A DNA stretch of 64,000 nt from Minisyncoccia bacterium (GCA_049305795.1 JBAQPM010000007.1:731-64730); one strand, 5' to 3'; positions 46,657-56,157 are shown, counted from the stretch's first letter. Notes: generated from the sequence alone by a model not told the origin. Translations and numbers: made by a program.

Positions 46657-46743
46657 ACTCATATTTAGTAGTCATACTAATATGATTCGGTGTTCGCCAT
46701 TTACTGGAGAAAAACCTCGCTGGCGATGGGTTCTAAAAAGTAA

Positions 46744-47397
46744 TTAACCTAAATGTGCAGAGTCGTTCCAAGAAACAACTTGCCAATATGTTTCCTCCTC
46801 GGATAGCCACACCTTTGAAACAAGGCGGAAATAGGAAATTCCGGTGTTATCCATTTCAAGTCCTCGTATCGCTCTTTGTAAATCAACACCGGTAAAATCA
46901 GCTCCGTTTATTGCCGCACAAAATAACATTCGCAAAAACAAACCGTGCATAACAACACACAAACGTGGGGCTTCATGCTGTCTTAAAAAATCGAGTGCCC
47001 TATTTGCACGAAGACGCAAATCAGAGAAATCTTCTTCATCGGAATGCCTATGATTCATGTCTTTATAGCCCTCGTAGATTTCGTACATAGTTTTCCTAAC
47101 TTCAGAATCCTGCACATGGCGACCAACCACTACTGACGGCGAACGACGTTCAGCAAACAAATCGTTTTCTTCAATGGGCAGACCTATACGCTCACGTATG
47201 TGCTCAGCAGTAACCCTTGCGCGAGGGAAAGAGGTAGCTATGAGCGCATCTATATGCAGTTTTTCTACACGTTTTGCGACCTCTTTTGCTTGTTCAATTC
47301 CCTTTTCGGTTATGAGCGCTTCCCTTCCTCGATGTACACCGTCGGCATTTGATTCGCTTTCTCCGTGTCGTACAAAATAAACCTCCTTTTGTATCAT
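46744..47397 (-). CDS. Histidine phosphatase family protein (phosphoglycerate mutase-like)
   Basis: Catalytic RHGES motif (VYFVRHGESESNADG) at the N-terminus. Confidence 0.8.
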   Translation of the reverse strand: MIQKEVYFVRHGESESNADGVHRGREALITEKGIEQAKEVAKRVEKLHIDALIATSFPRARVTAEHIRERIGLPIEENDLFAERRSPSVVVGRHVQDSEVRKTMYEIYEGYKDMNHRHSDEEDFSDLRLRANRALDFLRQHEAPRLCVVMHGLFLRMLFCAAINGADFTGVDLQRAIRGLEMDNTGISYFRLVSKVWLSEEETYWQVVSWNDSAHLG

Positions 47398-47401
47398 CTT
47401 T

Positions 47402-48289
47402 TTATTCTACCGTATCCAATGTTTGAATCCTTGCCGCACAGTCCGGCGAACAAAACGTTTTGCCATCTGCGCTTTGACAGTCGTCGCATACCAGAAAATG
47501 CAGGTGGCAGTCATTGTTTGCACAATTTATGTAGTTCTCAGTTTTGGCATCACAAAGCTTGCAGGTGCCGACAATGACACGGTCGCCACCAAAGTGCATC
47601 GTGAGGCGGTTATCAAATGTATACAATGTGCCAAGAAAATCCTTGCCTGGATATTTTTCCATATAGCCATGAATGCCGTTTTCAAGTTGGTACACTTCGC
47701 TAAAACCACTGCTTTGCAAATAGGCTGACATTTTTTCGCACCGTATGCCGCCCGTACACACCGTTACCACCGTTTTATTTTTAAGGGGTTCCATGCTTGG
47801 AACAGCCTCAACCAAATCACGAGAGGCGGCGAGTCCTGGGTTTACTGAACCTTCAAAATGTCCTGACGCATATTCGTAGTCGTTGCGCATATCAACCACA
47901 ACAAAGTCGCGTTTTGTTTCGTACCACGATCGAAGTGTTTCTGGCGTAATGCGAGGGGCGGTTGCCACACGCGGATCGGCCTTTTCTTTCGGAAAATGTG
48001 TTCCTACAATTTCTTCACGAACCTTGATTGAAAGTTTTGGAAATGAATTCCCGGTGCCTTCACTTCGCTTTACGGTAATGTCCGCAAAGCGCGGGTCATC
48101 GAAAAATTCGACAATAAATTTTCCCGCGGCTTCTATGGTTCCCTCAAGCGTGGCATTGATGCCTTCCTCGGCAATGATGACGCGGCCCGTGAGCTCCAGC
48201 CGCTCACAGAGCTGGCGCAAGGAAGACGCAAGGGCCTGCGGGTCTTCAATGGACACATATTTGTAAAAAAGAAGCACCTCGTATTTCAT
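47402..48289 (-). CDS. trhO: Rhodanese-domain tRNA uridine(34) hydroxylase-like protein (TrhO/YceA family)
   Basis: UPF0176 N-terminus MKYEVLLFYKYVSIEDP; rhodanese active-site Cys (VCTGGIRC); C-terminal Cys-rich tail. Confidence 0.75.
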   Translation of the reverse strand: MKYEVLLFYKYVSIEDPQALASSLRQLCERLELTGRVIIAEEGINATLEGTIEAAGKFIVEFFDDPRFADITVKRSEGTGNSFPKLSIKVREEIVGTHFPKEKADPRVATAPRITPETLRSWYETKRDFVVVDMRNDYEYASGHFEGSVNPGLAASRDLVEAVPSMEPLKNKTVVTVCTGGIRCEKMSAYLQSSGFSEVYQLENGIHGYMEKYPGKDFLGTLYTFDNRLTMHFGGDRVIVGTCKLCDAKTENYINCANNDCHLHFLVCDDCQSADGKTFCSPDCAARIQTLDTVE

Positions 48290-48699
48290 TTTCTATTTTC
48301 GGTACACGAAACGCAGCCACAGCGTTTGGGTCCAATGTGGTCTTCCCAATATTCTTTTCCATAATCATAGGTTATCTCCTCCCCCGGCTGGATGGCCCGC
48401 CGCGCTGAAATGAAAACACGGGTGCCATCCATTTCTGCCTTGCAATTTGGTTTACAGGAATGGTTTATGTAACGCGCGACATTTTTCCTGGTAGTGCCAT
48501 CAATCGTTTTTCCGCGCTCTACCTTGAACAAATATTTTCCTCCTTTTTTATCGGCCTCTTCGTCCGTAACAACCCTCCCCCAATATTCAATGACAAAATC
48601 TCCCCGTTTGATGGGACCTTTTGCAAAAAGGCCGAGGCCTGAAATGCCTCGTTTTACCAAAGGCGAGTGTTTTGATACGCGCGGAAATGTATACCCCAT
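48286..48699 (-). CDS. SET-domain protein (putative protein-lysine methyltransferase)
   Basis: GLGLFA, NHSCKPN and EITYDY SET motifs plus a Cys-rich post-SET region (CGCVSC); overlaps the trhO start by 4 nt. Confidence 0.75.
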   Translation of the reverse strand: MGYTFPRVSKHSPLVKRGISGLGLFAKGPIKRGDFVIEYWGRVVTDEEADKKGGKYLFKVERGKTIDGTTRKNVARYINHSCKPNCKAEMDGTRVFISARRAIQPGEEITYDYGKEYWEDHIGPKRCGCVSCTENRK

Positions 48700-48774
48700 A
48701 GTTACGGCATTCTAACTCAAAAATGAGTATCTTTCAGCAATGAGATACGGTAGTGGTATGGTGACACTACCAGC

Positions 48775-49602
48775 ATGAAAAAACGAGCCATCATTGAGAA
48801 AGAAATCGGTGAAACGCCGCTTCAGGCGATACAGAAGTGGAAAGCACAGCATCCTGCATATGCAGATGTTCCGGCGTCATACGCAGGACGCCTTGACCCC
48901 ATGGCAAGCGGCAAATTACTCATTCTTTTTGGTGAAGAATGCAAACGTGAGAAAAAATATAGAGGCCTTGATAAGGAATACGAGATTGAGGTTTTGCTTG
49001 ATTTGGAAACAGATACCGGAGACGTGCTTGGTCTTGCCTCCTACAAAGGAATGGACACCCACACGGACGCGCAGCGTATCAACAAAGCACTCGAAAAAGA
49101 AAAAGGAACGCATACTATTCCCTACCCTATATTTTCTTCAAAAACAGTAAACGGGAAACCTCTCTTTCTGTATGCGCTTTCCGGCACTCTTTCAGACATA
49201 ACCATTCCAACTCACGAAGAAAGAATCTATCAAATAGCGCTTCAAAAATTTGAAAGGATGAGTGGCGAGGAAATAGCAAAACGCATCGCAGTACTTTTGG
49301 CGCGTACGCCCTGCACCAACGAGCCCTCTAAGGAATTAGGAGCAAATTTCAGAATAGATGCCGTTCAGAAAAAATGGAATGAAATTTTTGCATCCATGCC
49401 CAACCGGAAGTTTCAGCTATTGCACCTTACCGTCGTCTGCGGAAGTGGCGCGTACATGCGCACCCTTGCGGGACGCATAGGAACGTCCCTTGGCACAAGC
49501 GCTCTCGCGCTTTCAATCAAACGAACTCGCATTGGAACTTACATACCCTTATGGAAACGATTTGGACTTTTCAAATCTCTATTTTCTTTCAGAGTTCTAT
49601 AA
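48775..49602 (+). CDS. truB: tRNA pseudouridine(55) synthase
   Basis: Catalytic Asp motif AGRLDPMASGKLLIL. Confidence 0.8.
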   Translation: MKKRAIIEKEIGETPLQAIQKWKAQHPAYADVPASYAGRLDPMASGKLLILFGEECKREKKYRGLDKEYEIEVLLDLETDTGDVLGLASYKGMDTHTDAQRINKALEKEKGTHTIPYPIFSSKTVNGKPLFLYALSGTLSDITIPTHEERIYQIALQKFERMSGEEIAKRIAVLLARTPCTNEPSKELGANFRIDAVQKKWNEIFASMPNRKFQLLHLTVVCGSGAYMRTLAGRIGTSLGTSALALSIKRTRIGTYIPLWKRFGLFKSLFSFRVL

Positions 49603-49660
49603 GCGGGCCAATAATAAAGAATTGTGTTAAATTTTGTTTAGATCAGAAAGGAGAACGGTA

Positions 49661-50149
49661 ATGGGAAACCTTCTGCAATTCCCAGAACTTCCTAATAGGT
49701 ACCCGAGTAATCGACCGGGTTTAAGAAAGCGGGGAGAATTTTGGAGAGCAATTGATCTCAAGGGGAAACCTCCGAAAGGACACCTTCCTCCTTCATACGG
49801 CCCGCGTGGTAGAGTCCAAATCGCCATTAACCAAGTATGGGTTGAGGGGCATACTCAGAAACTCTACATGGTCTTAGGTCTCGTTAAGATAAGGGACACC
49901 TTTTACCCACATAATGTTGTGTTTGCTGCCTACAAGCGCGAACACTTGCAACGTCAACTTGCAGAGACCACATTTCGCCTCACAATGAAAATCTGGGACG
50001 TGTTTGAAAGTGAGCGAAAAGTTCTCGCAAACAAAGTGGGTCTCGTGGCCGAACAGGACCCAGAGTTTCCCTGGAAAGGAGACAGCGTCGTAGGAGCACG
50101 TGCCCTCAACTTTTTTGGCCTCGATAGTGATGGCTACCGCATCGACTAA
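49661..50149 (+). CDS. Hypothetical protein (162 aa)
   Basis: AAAGGAG RBS 7 nt before ATG 49661; the ORF-track start at 49634 is a TTG further upstream. Confidence 0.45.
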   Translation: MGNLLQFPELPNRYPSNRPGLRKRGEFWRAIDLKGKPPKGHLPPSYGPRGRVQIAINQVWVEGHTQKLYMVLGLVKIRDTFYPHNVVFAAYKREHLQRQLAETTFRLTMKIWDVFESERKVLANKVGLVAEQDPEFPWKGDSVVGARALNFFGLDSDGYRID

Positions 50150-50220
50150 TAATTTTGGTCGATGCGGTTTCTTTTAAGTTGCAAGATCGAAATGGGACAG
50201 AGTAATTTTTGAAATGAATT

Positions 50221-50847
50221 CTATGTCCGCGAGTCAGACTCTTTCCACTCGGTAAGCCGTCCAGCCTGAAGCTCCATCGTGTCCGCCTTGCGTACATAGC
50301 GAGCATTCCCTTTTGGAACAAGCGGATAGTGCGGCAATGCCCCAAGTGCCTGGTCTATCTCCCACAAATCTTTTTCGGCAGTTATCCACGCCGCACCAAG
50401 CTTTTTCAGATTGAATGGTTTTGAATACGTCTGTAATGTTTTCGTGCCATCGCTGTTTATAAACCACTCGTGGAAGTAGGAAAGGGCAAGCTCTCGGGGC
50501 GTTTTATAAATAGGGTCGCGAAAACGAAGTGATGCGTGGTTGGTTTTACTTATTGCGCCCCAATACCCATTCTTTTTATAGAGTGCGATAACATGGTCAT
50601 CGTCCGGGCGCGCTGCCACAAGATCCATAATGATGGGCTCTTCACCATTCACCCAAAGAGCTGTTGCTGCGAAAAGGGCGCCCTCAATACAGTGCGCTTT
50701 CTTTTCCTCCAAGACGCGACGCGGAGAATAATGGGTCTCTCCCTTCTTTTCAAAATTCATGGGAATCGTATCGAGAAAGTCCTGAATTTTTATGGGTGTG
50801 GATAAGCGTTTAAAAAGCTTTTCCTCCTGTTTAGTGAGACTATACAT
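50221..50847 (-). CDS. Transglutaminase-like / papain-fold cysteine peptidase (tentative)
   Basis: Candidate Cys (AHCIEGALFAA) and His (DDDHVIALY...GYWGAIS) arranged as in transglutaminase-like cores. Confidence 0.35.
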   Translation of the reverse strand: MYSLTKQEEKLFKRLSTPIKIQDFLDTIPMNFEKKGETHYSPRRVLEEKKAHCIEGALFAATALWVNGEEPIIMDLVAARPDDDHVIALYKKNGYWGAISKTNHASLRFRDPIYKTPRELALSYFHEWFINSDGTKTLQTYSKPFNLKKLGAAWITAEKDLWEIDQALGALPHYPLVPKGNARYVRKADTMELQAGRLTEWKESDSRT

Positions 50848-50940
50848 ACTTCAAAGTGTACTTGGGATGAGGACGTATTCCAACACAGCTTGAAATGGAG
50901 GGATTTGAGATTTTACGAAAAGCAGTTCACAATACCTTTC

Positions 50941-51807
50941 ATGAATCCAAATCTTTCTACCTATTATTCCTGGGCCGTTTCTTTTATCGCGGCGCTCCTG
51001 GTCGCAGGGCTTGGATACGGCGGATATCGCTACTATCTCCTTACGGGGGAACTTACAAGCACGCACCAGCAGGCTGTCGAGCTGCAAAGCAGCCTTGCAA
51101 GCACCACCGACCAAAACAGACTGCTTTCAGAGGCCCTCGTTGCGGAAAAAAATCGAAATGACAGCCTGGCGTCCGAAGTTGATTCGATACAAGACAAAGT
51201 GTCCGATCTTAACAAGCTCGCAAAAATCGACCCCCAGCTCTTGGTGAAATATTCGAAGGTATATTTTTTGAATGAAAATTATGTGCCCAAAGATCTTGCC
51301 ACTATTGATGAAAAATACCTGTACCAGGACAAAGAAAAACTACAGATACTCGACCAGGTGGAGCCTTACTTAAAGGAAATGTTTGACGACATGGAAGACG
51401 ACGATGTATCTATTCAAATATTGTCGGCCTATCGTTCGTTTGACACTCAAGCGACGCTAAAATCTGGATATCGTGTTACGTATGGATCCGGCGCAAACGC
51501 CTTTTCCGCTGACCAAGGATATTCAGAACACCAACTCGGTACGGCGATTGACTTCACGACACCAACCATTGGCGCCATACTTACTGGTTTTGATAAAACC
51601 GAAGCATATACGTGGCTCACCAAAAATGCCTATCGGTATGGATTCATACTTTCCTATCCGGCAAACAATGCCTACTACATTTTTGAGCCGTGGCATTGGC
51701 GCTTTGTCGGCACCGACCTTGCACGCGAATTGCACCGCAATAAACAATATTTCTACCAGATGGACCAACGGGACATAAACACCTATCTTATTTCCATCTT
51801 CGATTGA
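50941..51807 (+). CDS. D-alanyl-D-alanine carboxypeptidase-like (M15B/VanY family)
   Basis: SEHQLGTAIDF (SxHxxGxAxD) and EPWHWRF motifs; N-terminal TM plus coiled coil. The ORF-track start at 50890 is TTG; the first ATG is at 50941. Confidence 0.75.
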   Translation: MNPNLSTYYSWAVSFIAALLVAGLGYGGYRYYLLTGELTSTHQQAVELQSSLASTTDQNRLLSEALVAEKNRNDSLASEVDSIQDKVSDLNKLAKIDPQLLVKYSKVYFLNENYVPKDLATIDEKYLYQDKEKLQILDQVEPYLKEMFDDMEDDDVSIQILSAYRSFDTQATLKSGYRVTYGSGANAFSADQGYSEHQLGTAIDFTTPTIGAILTGFDKTEAYTWLTKNAYRYGFILSYPANNAYYIFEPWHWRFVGTDLARELHRNKQYFYQMDQRDINTYLISIFD

Positions 51808-51901
51808 CGTTCGAAACACCGTTAGTATAATTTAAAGCATAGAGTACGCTTCGATTACGCTTCCTCGGGAAATCCCTCAAACGCTTTTCAAAAAGCAGTG
51901 G

Positions 51902-53968
51902 GTGCCCTTGGGACTTTTTTTCGTCACGTATTTCCTCGTCGCCTACGCCGGTTCGTATATATACCCCCTCAACAATAGTTTTCCGGGAGTGGTGTTTGCC
52001 CCTGCCGGTATCGCAATAGCAGGACTGGTGCTTGGGGGAAAACAGCTTTGGCCGGCAATAACCGTTGCAGCCTTCCTTGCTTCTTATGCTATTGGCCTAC
52101 CCCCGCTTGCCGCTTTTTTTCTTGCGATAGCACAAACACTTCAAGCGCTTGCCGGAAAATGGATGCTGCGCGCTGTTGATTTCAATCCGCTGTTGCGACG
52201 CCTGCAAGATATCATCAGCATTGTAATCGTCGCGATTTTGCCCACCTTTATCGTGCCTACAGCAGCAGGACTCATACATATTTATCTCCTTCAAACACTG
52301 TCCCTCTCGCAATTTTGGAATGTGTGGGGCGTGATCTGGGTCGGTCAAATTTTGAGCGTCATCGTTACGATGCCATTTGCGGTGCGCTGGTTTTCGTATC
52401 CAACATTCCATCGCACGCGCAGAGAGAGTCTTGAGATCGGAGCAGCACTTTGTGTGCTGCTCGTGTTCGATGTGTTCATTTATTTTGCACCGCTGCAAAC
52501 CGACTATATACCGCTTGAATATCTCATACTCATTCCTTTTACGTGGATTGCGCTTCGCATTGGCCCACGATTCATGACGGTGGCCATTTTGCTCAATGCC
52601 TTTTTACAAATCATGGGCACGGTTTTAAACAATGCGGCATATCCGGGACCAGCGTCGCTTGAGGCGCGACTCTTTCGTCTTGAAATCGCTGTGGCCATTA
52701 TGTCTTTTATCTTCCTCGTGCTTGCGGCTATAGCAGAAGAACTTAAAGAGATCGGCAAGAATCTGCGAAAACAGGTTGCGCGCCTTGAAGAGGCGCTTGA
52801 AAGGATTCGCCGCGAAGAAATAGCAAAAAATGAATTTATCGCCGTGCTTGCACATGAACTACGCAATCCTCTTGCGCCAATCGTGAGCTCGCTTGAATTG
52901 ATTGAACTTGAAAAAGTGCGCGGTGGCCGTAAGTGGCTGAACGTGATTAAAGAACAAACCACGACGATACGACGCCTTCTTGATGACCTGCTTGATATTT
53001 CGCGCATATCGCAACGAAAATTAAAATTGGAGAAAGAAGAAATCAACGTACTCCACGCCATTCGCATGTCGCTCCAAACGGCAGAACCCATGATACAAAG
53101 CCGCGCACATAGCCTTGTACTTTCACTTCCCAAACGAGCAATTAAGGTTCATGCCGACCCTGTGCGCCTTCAGCAGATATTTGTAAATCTTCTTAATAAT
53201 GCAGCTCGCTATACCGAACCTGGCGGAACACTAACCGTATCGTGTCACAAAGAAGGCACGACGGTGGTCATACAGATTCAAGACACGGGCATGGGTATCG
53301 CTCCCGAAATGCTTGAACGAATATTTGAACCGTTCATACAGGCAGGAAATCGAAAACTAGGAAGTGCTGGCCTCGGAATTGGTCTGGCACTTACGCGGCA
53401 GCTGGTTGACATGCATTGGGGCACCATCGAAGCACAAAGCAAAGGTCTCGGTCTTGGGAGTTCCTTCACCGTACGTTTACCTCTTTTTGATACGATGCGA
53501 CGCACGCCCCAGGCGCCTTCGGTCGTTACTACAGTCACTACACCTTCTTCCATGCACACGACGCTACGCATACTCATAGTTGACGACAACGAGGAGGCCG
53601 CTGAAGGAATTAGTAAGCTGCTTCAGTATCGGGGCCACACTACCCACAGTGTGCATCGTGGCGGCGAAGTGCCGCATTCCGTGCAAACGTTTAAGCCGGA
53701 CGCAATCGTTCTTGATATCGGACTTCCCGACATGAACGGGTACGAAGTGGCAAAACGACTTCGTGGCGAACTCGCTTCAAAAGCAATGCTCATTGCCCTT
53801 ACCGGTTATAGCCTAAACGAAGACAAGGAACGAACGAAAGAAGCTGGATTTGACTACCATCTCACTAAACCAATCGGCATTCTCGACTTAGATACCATTC
53901 TTGGGAATATAAGACAGATTAACACCCGCCTGCGAAATAGACCGCAGCCGAAGCACCAATCTTCATGA
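51902..53968 (+). CDS. Hybrid sensor histidine kinase (polytopic membrane sensor, HisKA, HATPase, C-terminal receiver)
   Basis: About 8 N-terminal TM helices; H-box LAHELRNPL; N/G1/G2 boxes; C-terminal REC with LIVDDNEE and DIGLPDMNG. Confidence 0.8.
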   Translation: MPLGLFFVTYFLVAYAGSYIYPLNNSFPGVVFAPAGIAIAGLVLGGKQLWPAITVAAFLASYAIGLPPLAAFFLAIAQTLQALAGKWMLRAVDFNPLLRRLQDIISIVIVAILPTFIVPTAAGLIHIYLLQTLSLSQFWNVWGVIWVGQILSVIVTMPFAVRWFSYPTFHRTRRESLEIGAALCVLLVFDVFIYFAPLQTDYIPLEYLILIPFTWIALRIGPRFMTVAILLNAFLQIMGTVLNNAAYPGPASLEARLFRLEIAVAIMSFIFLVLAAIAEELKEIGKNLRKQVARLEEALERIRREEIAKNEFIAVLAHELRNPLAPIVSSLELIELEKVRGGRKWLNVIKEQTTTIRRLLDDLLDISRISQRKLKLEKEEINVLHAIRMSLQTAEPMIQSRAHSLVLSLPKRAIKVHADPVRLQQIFVNLLNNAARYTEPGGTLTVSCHKEGTTVVIQIQDTGMGIAPEMLERIFEPFIQAGNRKLGSAGLGIGLALTRQLVDMHWGTIEAQSKGLGLGSSFTVRLPLFDTMRRTPQAPSVVTTVTTPSSMHTTLRILIVDDNEEAAEGISKLLQYRGHTTHSVHRGGEVPHSVQTFKPDAIVLDIGLPDMNGYEVAKRLRGELASKAMLIALTGYSLNEDKERTKEAGFDYHLTKPIGILDLDTILGNIRQINTRLRNRPQPKHQSS

Positions 53969-54051
53969 AATTGACTGTAACTTCATGAAGAATACATCGT
54001 CTTCATTCTAGAGTAGGGCGGTGAGACAGATTGCAAACTTACTACATACAT

Positions 54052-54726
54052 ATGCGAATACTTGTCGTAGAGGATGAAAAGAAGCTCGCAGAGGTGCTCG
54101 CGGCGGGTCTTGAAAAGAAAGGTTTTGCCGTTGACGTTATTGATGACGGCGAAAAGGCTCTTAGTCGTTTGTCACTTCACCGTAAAGATTATGACCTCGT
54201 TATTCTGGATCTCATGCTCCCTTCCCTTTCTGGAGCAGAAATATGCCGGCAAGCACGCGAGCGAGATATCACTACGCCTATCCTTATTTTGACGGCACGA
54301 AATGAGACCGAAACGAAAATTGATCTCCTTCTTTCTGGTGCAGATGATTATCTCGTCAAGCCATTTTCCTTTGAAGAATTGCTTGCCCGCATTCACGCCC
54401 TGTCGCGACGGCCGCAAGAATCAAAACCAACGACGCTTCGCATCGCTGCTATCGAACTTAATCCCGTAGAGCATCGGGTCACAAAAAACGGCGAGCCAGT
54501 TGAACTTACGCTAAAAGAATTCATGCTGCTTGAATACTTTATGCAACACCCAAGCGAGGTGGTAAATCGTGAAGACTTACTTACCCACTTGTGGGATTTC
54601 AACTATGAATCTTTTAGCAATGTAATTGATGTTCATGTCAAAAATCTTCGCAGAAAACTCGATGATGGGAATGATGAAAGCCTTTTGGAGACGGTGCGTG
54701 GCATCGGGTATCGGCTTCGTACATAA
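54052..54726 (+). CDS. OmpR-family response regulator
   Basis: MRILVVEDE receiver start; DLMLP phosphorylation-site region; C-terminal winged helix (VRGIGYRL). The ORF-track start at 54031 is TTG. Confidence 0.85.
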   Translation: MRILVVEDEKKLAEVLAAGLEKKGFAVDVIDDGEKALSRLSLHRKDYDLVILDLMLPSLSGAEICRQARERDITTPILILTARNETETKIDLLLSGADDYLVKPFSFEELLARIHALSRRPQESKPTTLRIAAIELNPVEHRVTKNGEPVELTLKEFMLLEYFMQHPSEVVNREDLLTHLWDFNYESFSNVIDVHVKNLRRKLDDGNDESLLETVRGIGYRLRT

Positions 54727-55786
54727 TTATCGTTACGATCTCTATTTTCGTACGCAGGTTGCCGTTATAGGACTGCAGGTCGTTTTCACTATATTCGTCA
54801 TCGTACTGGTGGGTGGCATGTTTACTGCTTTTTACGATGACATACTCACCAGCATCGTACAGGGCGTGATGCAAGGACTGCAACAAGATACGGCCACTTC
54901 GACGGCGACGCAGCTGGTAGAAAACCTTAACTACCTTCGAAACCGTAATCTTATTATCATCGGTTCCATTGTGCTTATCGGAACTTCCATATTCGGTTAT
55001 CTTATTGCCCACCTTACCCTCGCGCCAACGCGAAACGCCCTCGACGCGCAAAAACAATTTATCGGGAATATTGCCCATGAGCTTCGTACGCCTCTTTCTA
55101 TTATCAAAACGCATACAGAAGTGGCACTGTTTTCCGAAAAACTTGATCCAGAAACCCGGCACATGCTTGAAAGCACCATCGAAGAGCTCGACCGTACGTC
55201 CGACATTATTAATAACCTGCTTTCCCTTTCAGCATTTGTACGGCCCGAACAAATGCATTTTGGAAATGTGGACCTTGGTTCTGTTGCCGAAAGTGCCGTG
55301 AAGCATCTTTCAGATCTAGCAAAACGGAAAAATATAGAAATCACGATGGAGAAAAACTCGCAGTGTATCGTGTGGGGCAATGCCTCAGCGCTTGAACAAG
55401 TCGTCATGAACGTCCTTAAAAACGCCGTGAACTATACTCGCGAAGGCGGCGAGCCAGTGCACATTACGATGAAACCTGGATTTGAAGGCTCCATTGAACT
55501 TTCCGTTCAGGATCACGGCATTGGTATACCAGAGAAAGACCTCTACCGTATTTTTGAACCGTTCTATCGAGGCGATTCATCACGCTCGCGAGGCGCGGGC
55601 GGAAGTGGTCTCGGACTTGCCATTGTGAACGAGCTTCTTAAAGCACACCAAGGCCGCATGACTATCCGGAGCGCGCCCAAACGTGGCACGACGGTTCTTA
55701 TCTCCCTTCCTCGCGGAAAAATCGATCGCGATATTTCAGACGATCGGTATGGCGAAGTAGCGGTCGACTTTTCAAAGAATTCATAA
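54674..55786 (+). CDS. Sensor histidine kinase (2 TM, HisKA, HATPase)
   Basis: H-box IAHELRTPL; HATPase N/G boxes (GGSGLGLAIV). No in-frame start codon exists between the RR stop and TM1, so the start must overlap the RR gene by about 50-60 nt. Confidence 0.75.
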   Translation: MKAFWRRCVASGIGFVHNYRYDLYFRTQVAVIGLQVVFTIFVIVLVGGMFTAFYDDILTSIVQGVMQGLQQDTATSTATQLVENLNYLRNRNLIIIGSIVLIGTSIFGYLIAHLTLAPTRNALDAQKQFIGNIAHELRTPLSIIKTHTEVALFSEKLDPETRHMLESTIEELDRTSDIINNLLSLSAFVRPEQMHFGNVDLGSVAESAVKHLSDLAKRKNIEITMEKNSQCIVWGNASALEQVVMNVLKNAVNYTREGGEPVHITMKPGFEGSIELSVQDHGIGIPEKDLYRIFEPFYRGDSSRSRGAGGSGLGLAIVNELLKAHQGRMTIRSAPKRGTTVLISLPRGKIDRDISDDRYGEVAVDFSKNS

Positions 55787-55836
55787 TTCTTCATCCTCCA
55801 TTCACTACCCTATGGCTATGCTTTGGTACAGAAAGC

Positions 55837-55918
55837 ACCTTACCCAAAAGAGAGATCCTCTGTATCTTGGCGCGGCAACAACATCGCGCCAAGATACAGA
55901 GGGGTTCTTGCTTGGTAA
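55837..55918. repeat. 82-nt extended hairpin with an 18-bp perfect inner stem (cctctgtatcttggcgcg / cgcgccaagatacagagg), 10-nt loop and 7-bp outer stem (ccttacc/ggtaagg)
   Basis: Base pairs checked one by one in the sequence; no U-tract follows. Confidence 0.6.
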
Positions 55919-56126
55919 GGACATATGAAATGGAATGATCCTTCACAGCATGGCTAGCACGTAGTGGTATCGGTTTTGATGGTAGCAATAATAAAAAATA
56001 TAGAGAGTAGAGAGAACATACATATTGCAAGGTAATGCAAAAGGTCACTGCATGTATATTCCACACTGGGCGGCGATAGGCGGGAAAATTTCTCGCTTGT
56101 CGCTCGTGATGCATTTGAACGAGCAA

Positions 56127-56157
56127 GCTGGGGAGGCCGCACTGCGGCCTCCCCAGC
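56127..56157. repeat. 14-bp perfect GC-rich hairpin (gctggggaggccgc-act-gcggcctccccagc)
   Basis: Seen in the sequence 40 nt upstream of uppP; no U-tract. Confidence 0.55.

Noticed and set aside
37500-46700. A second copy of the 25-nt att repeat marking the far end of the island
   Set aside because: I inspected the intergenic regions at 38.1, 39.45-39.67, 43.48, 45.05-45.2 and 46.62-46.74 kb by eye and found no match. A copy inside coding sequence cannot be excluded without a computational search.
55791-56126. ORF 55791..56126 (111 aa, minus strand)
   Set aside because: It overlaps the two long hairpins and the AT-rich spacer; the translation is low-complexity (LLLLPSKPIPL, CCC) with no RBS, so it is an artefact of the structured non-coding region.
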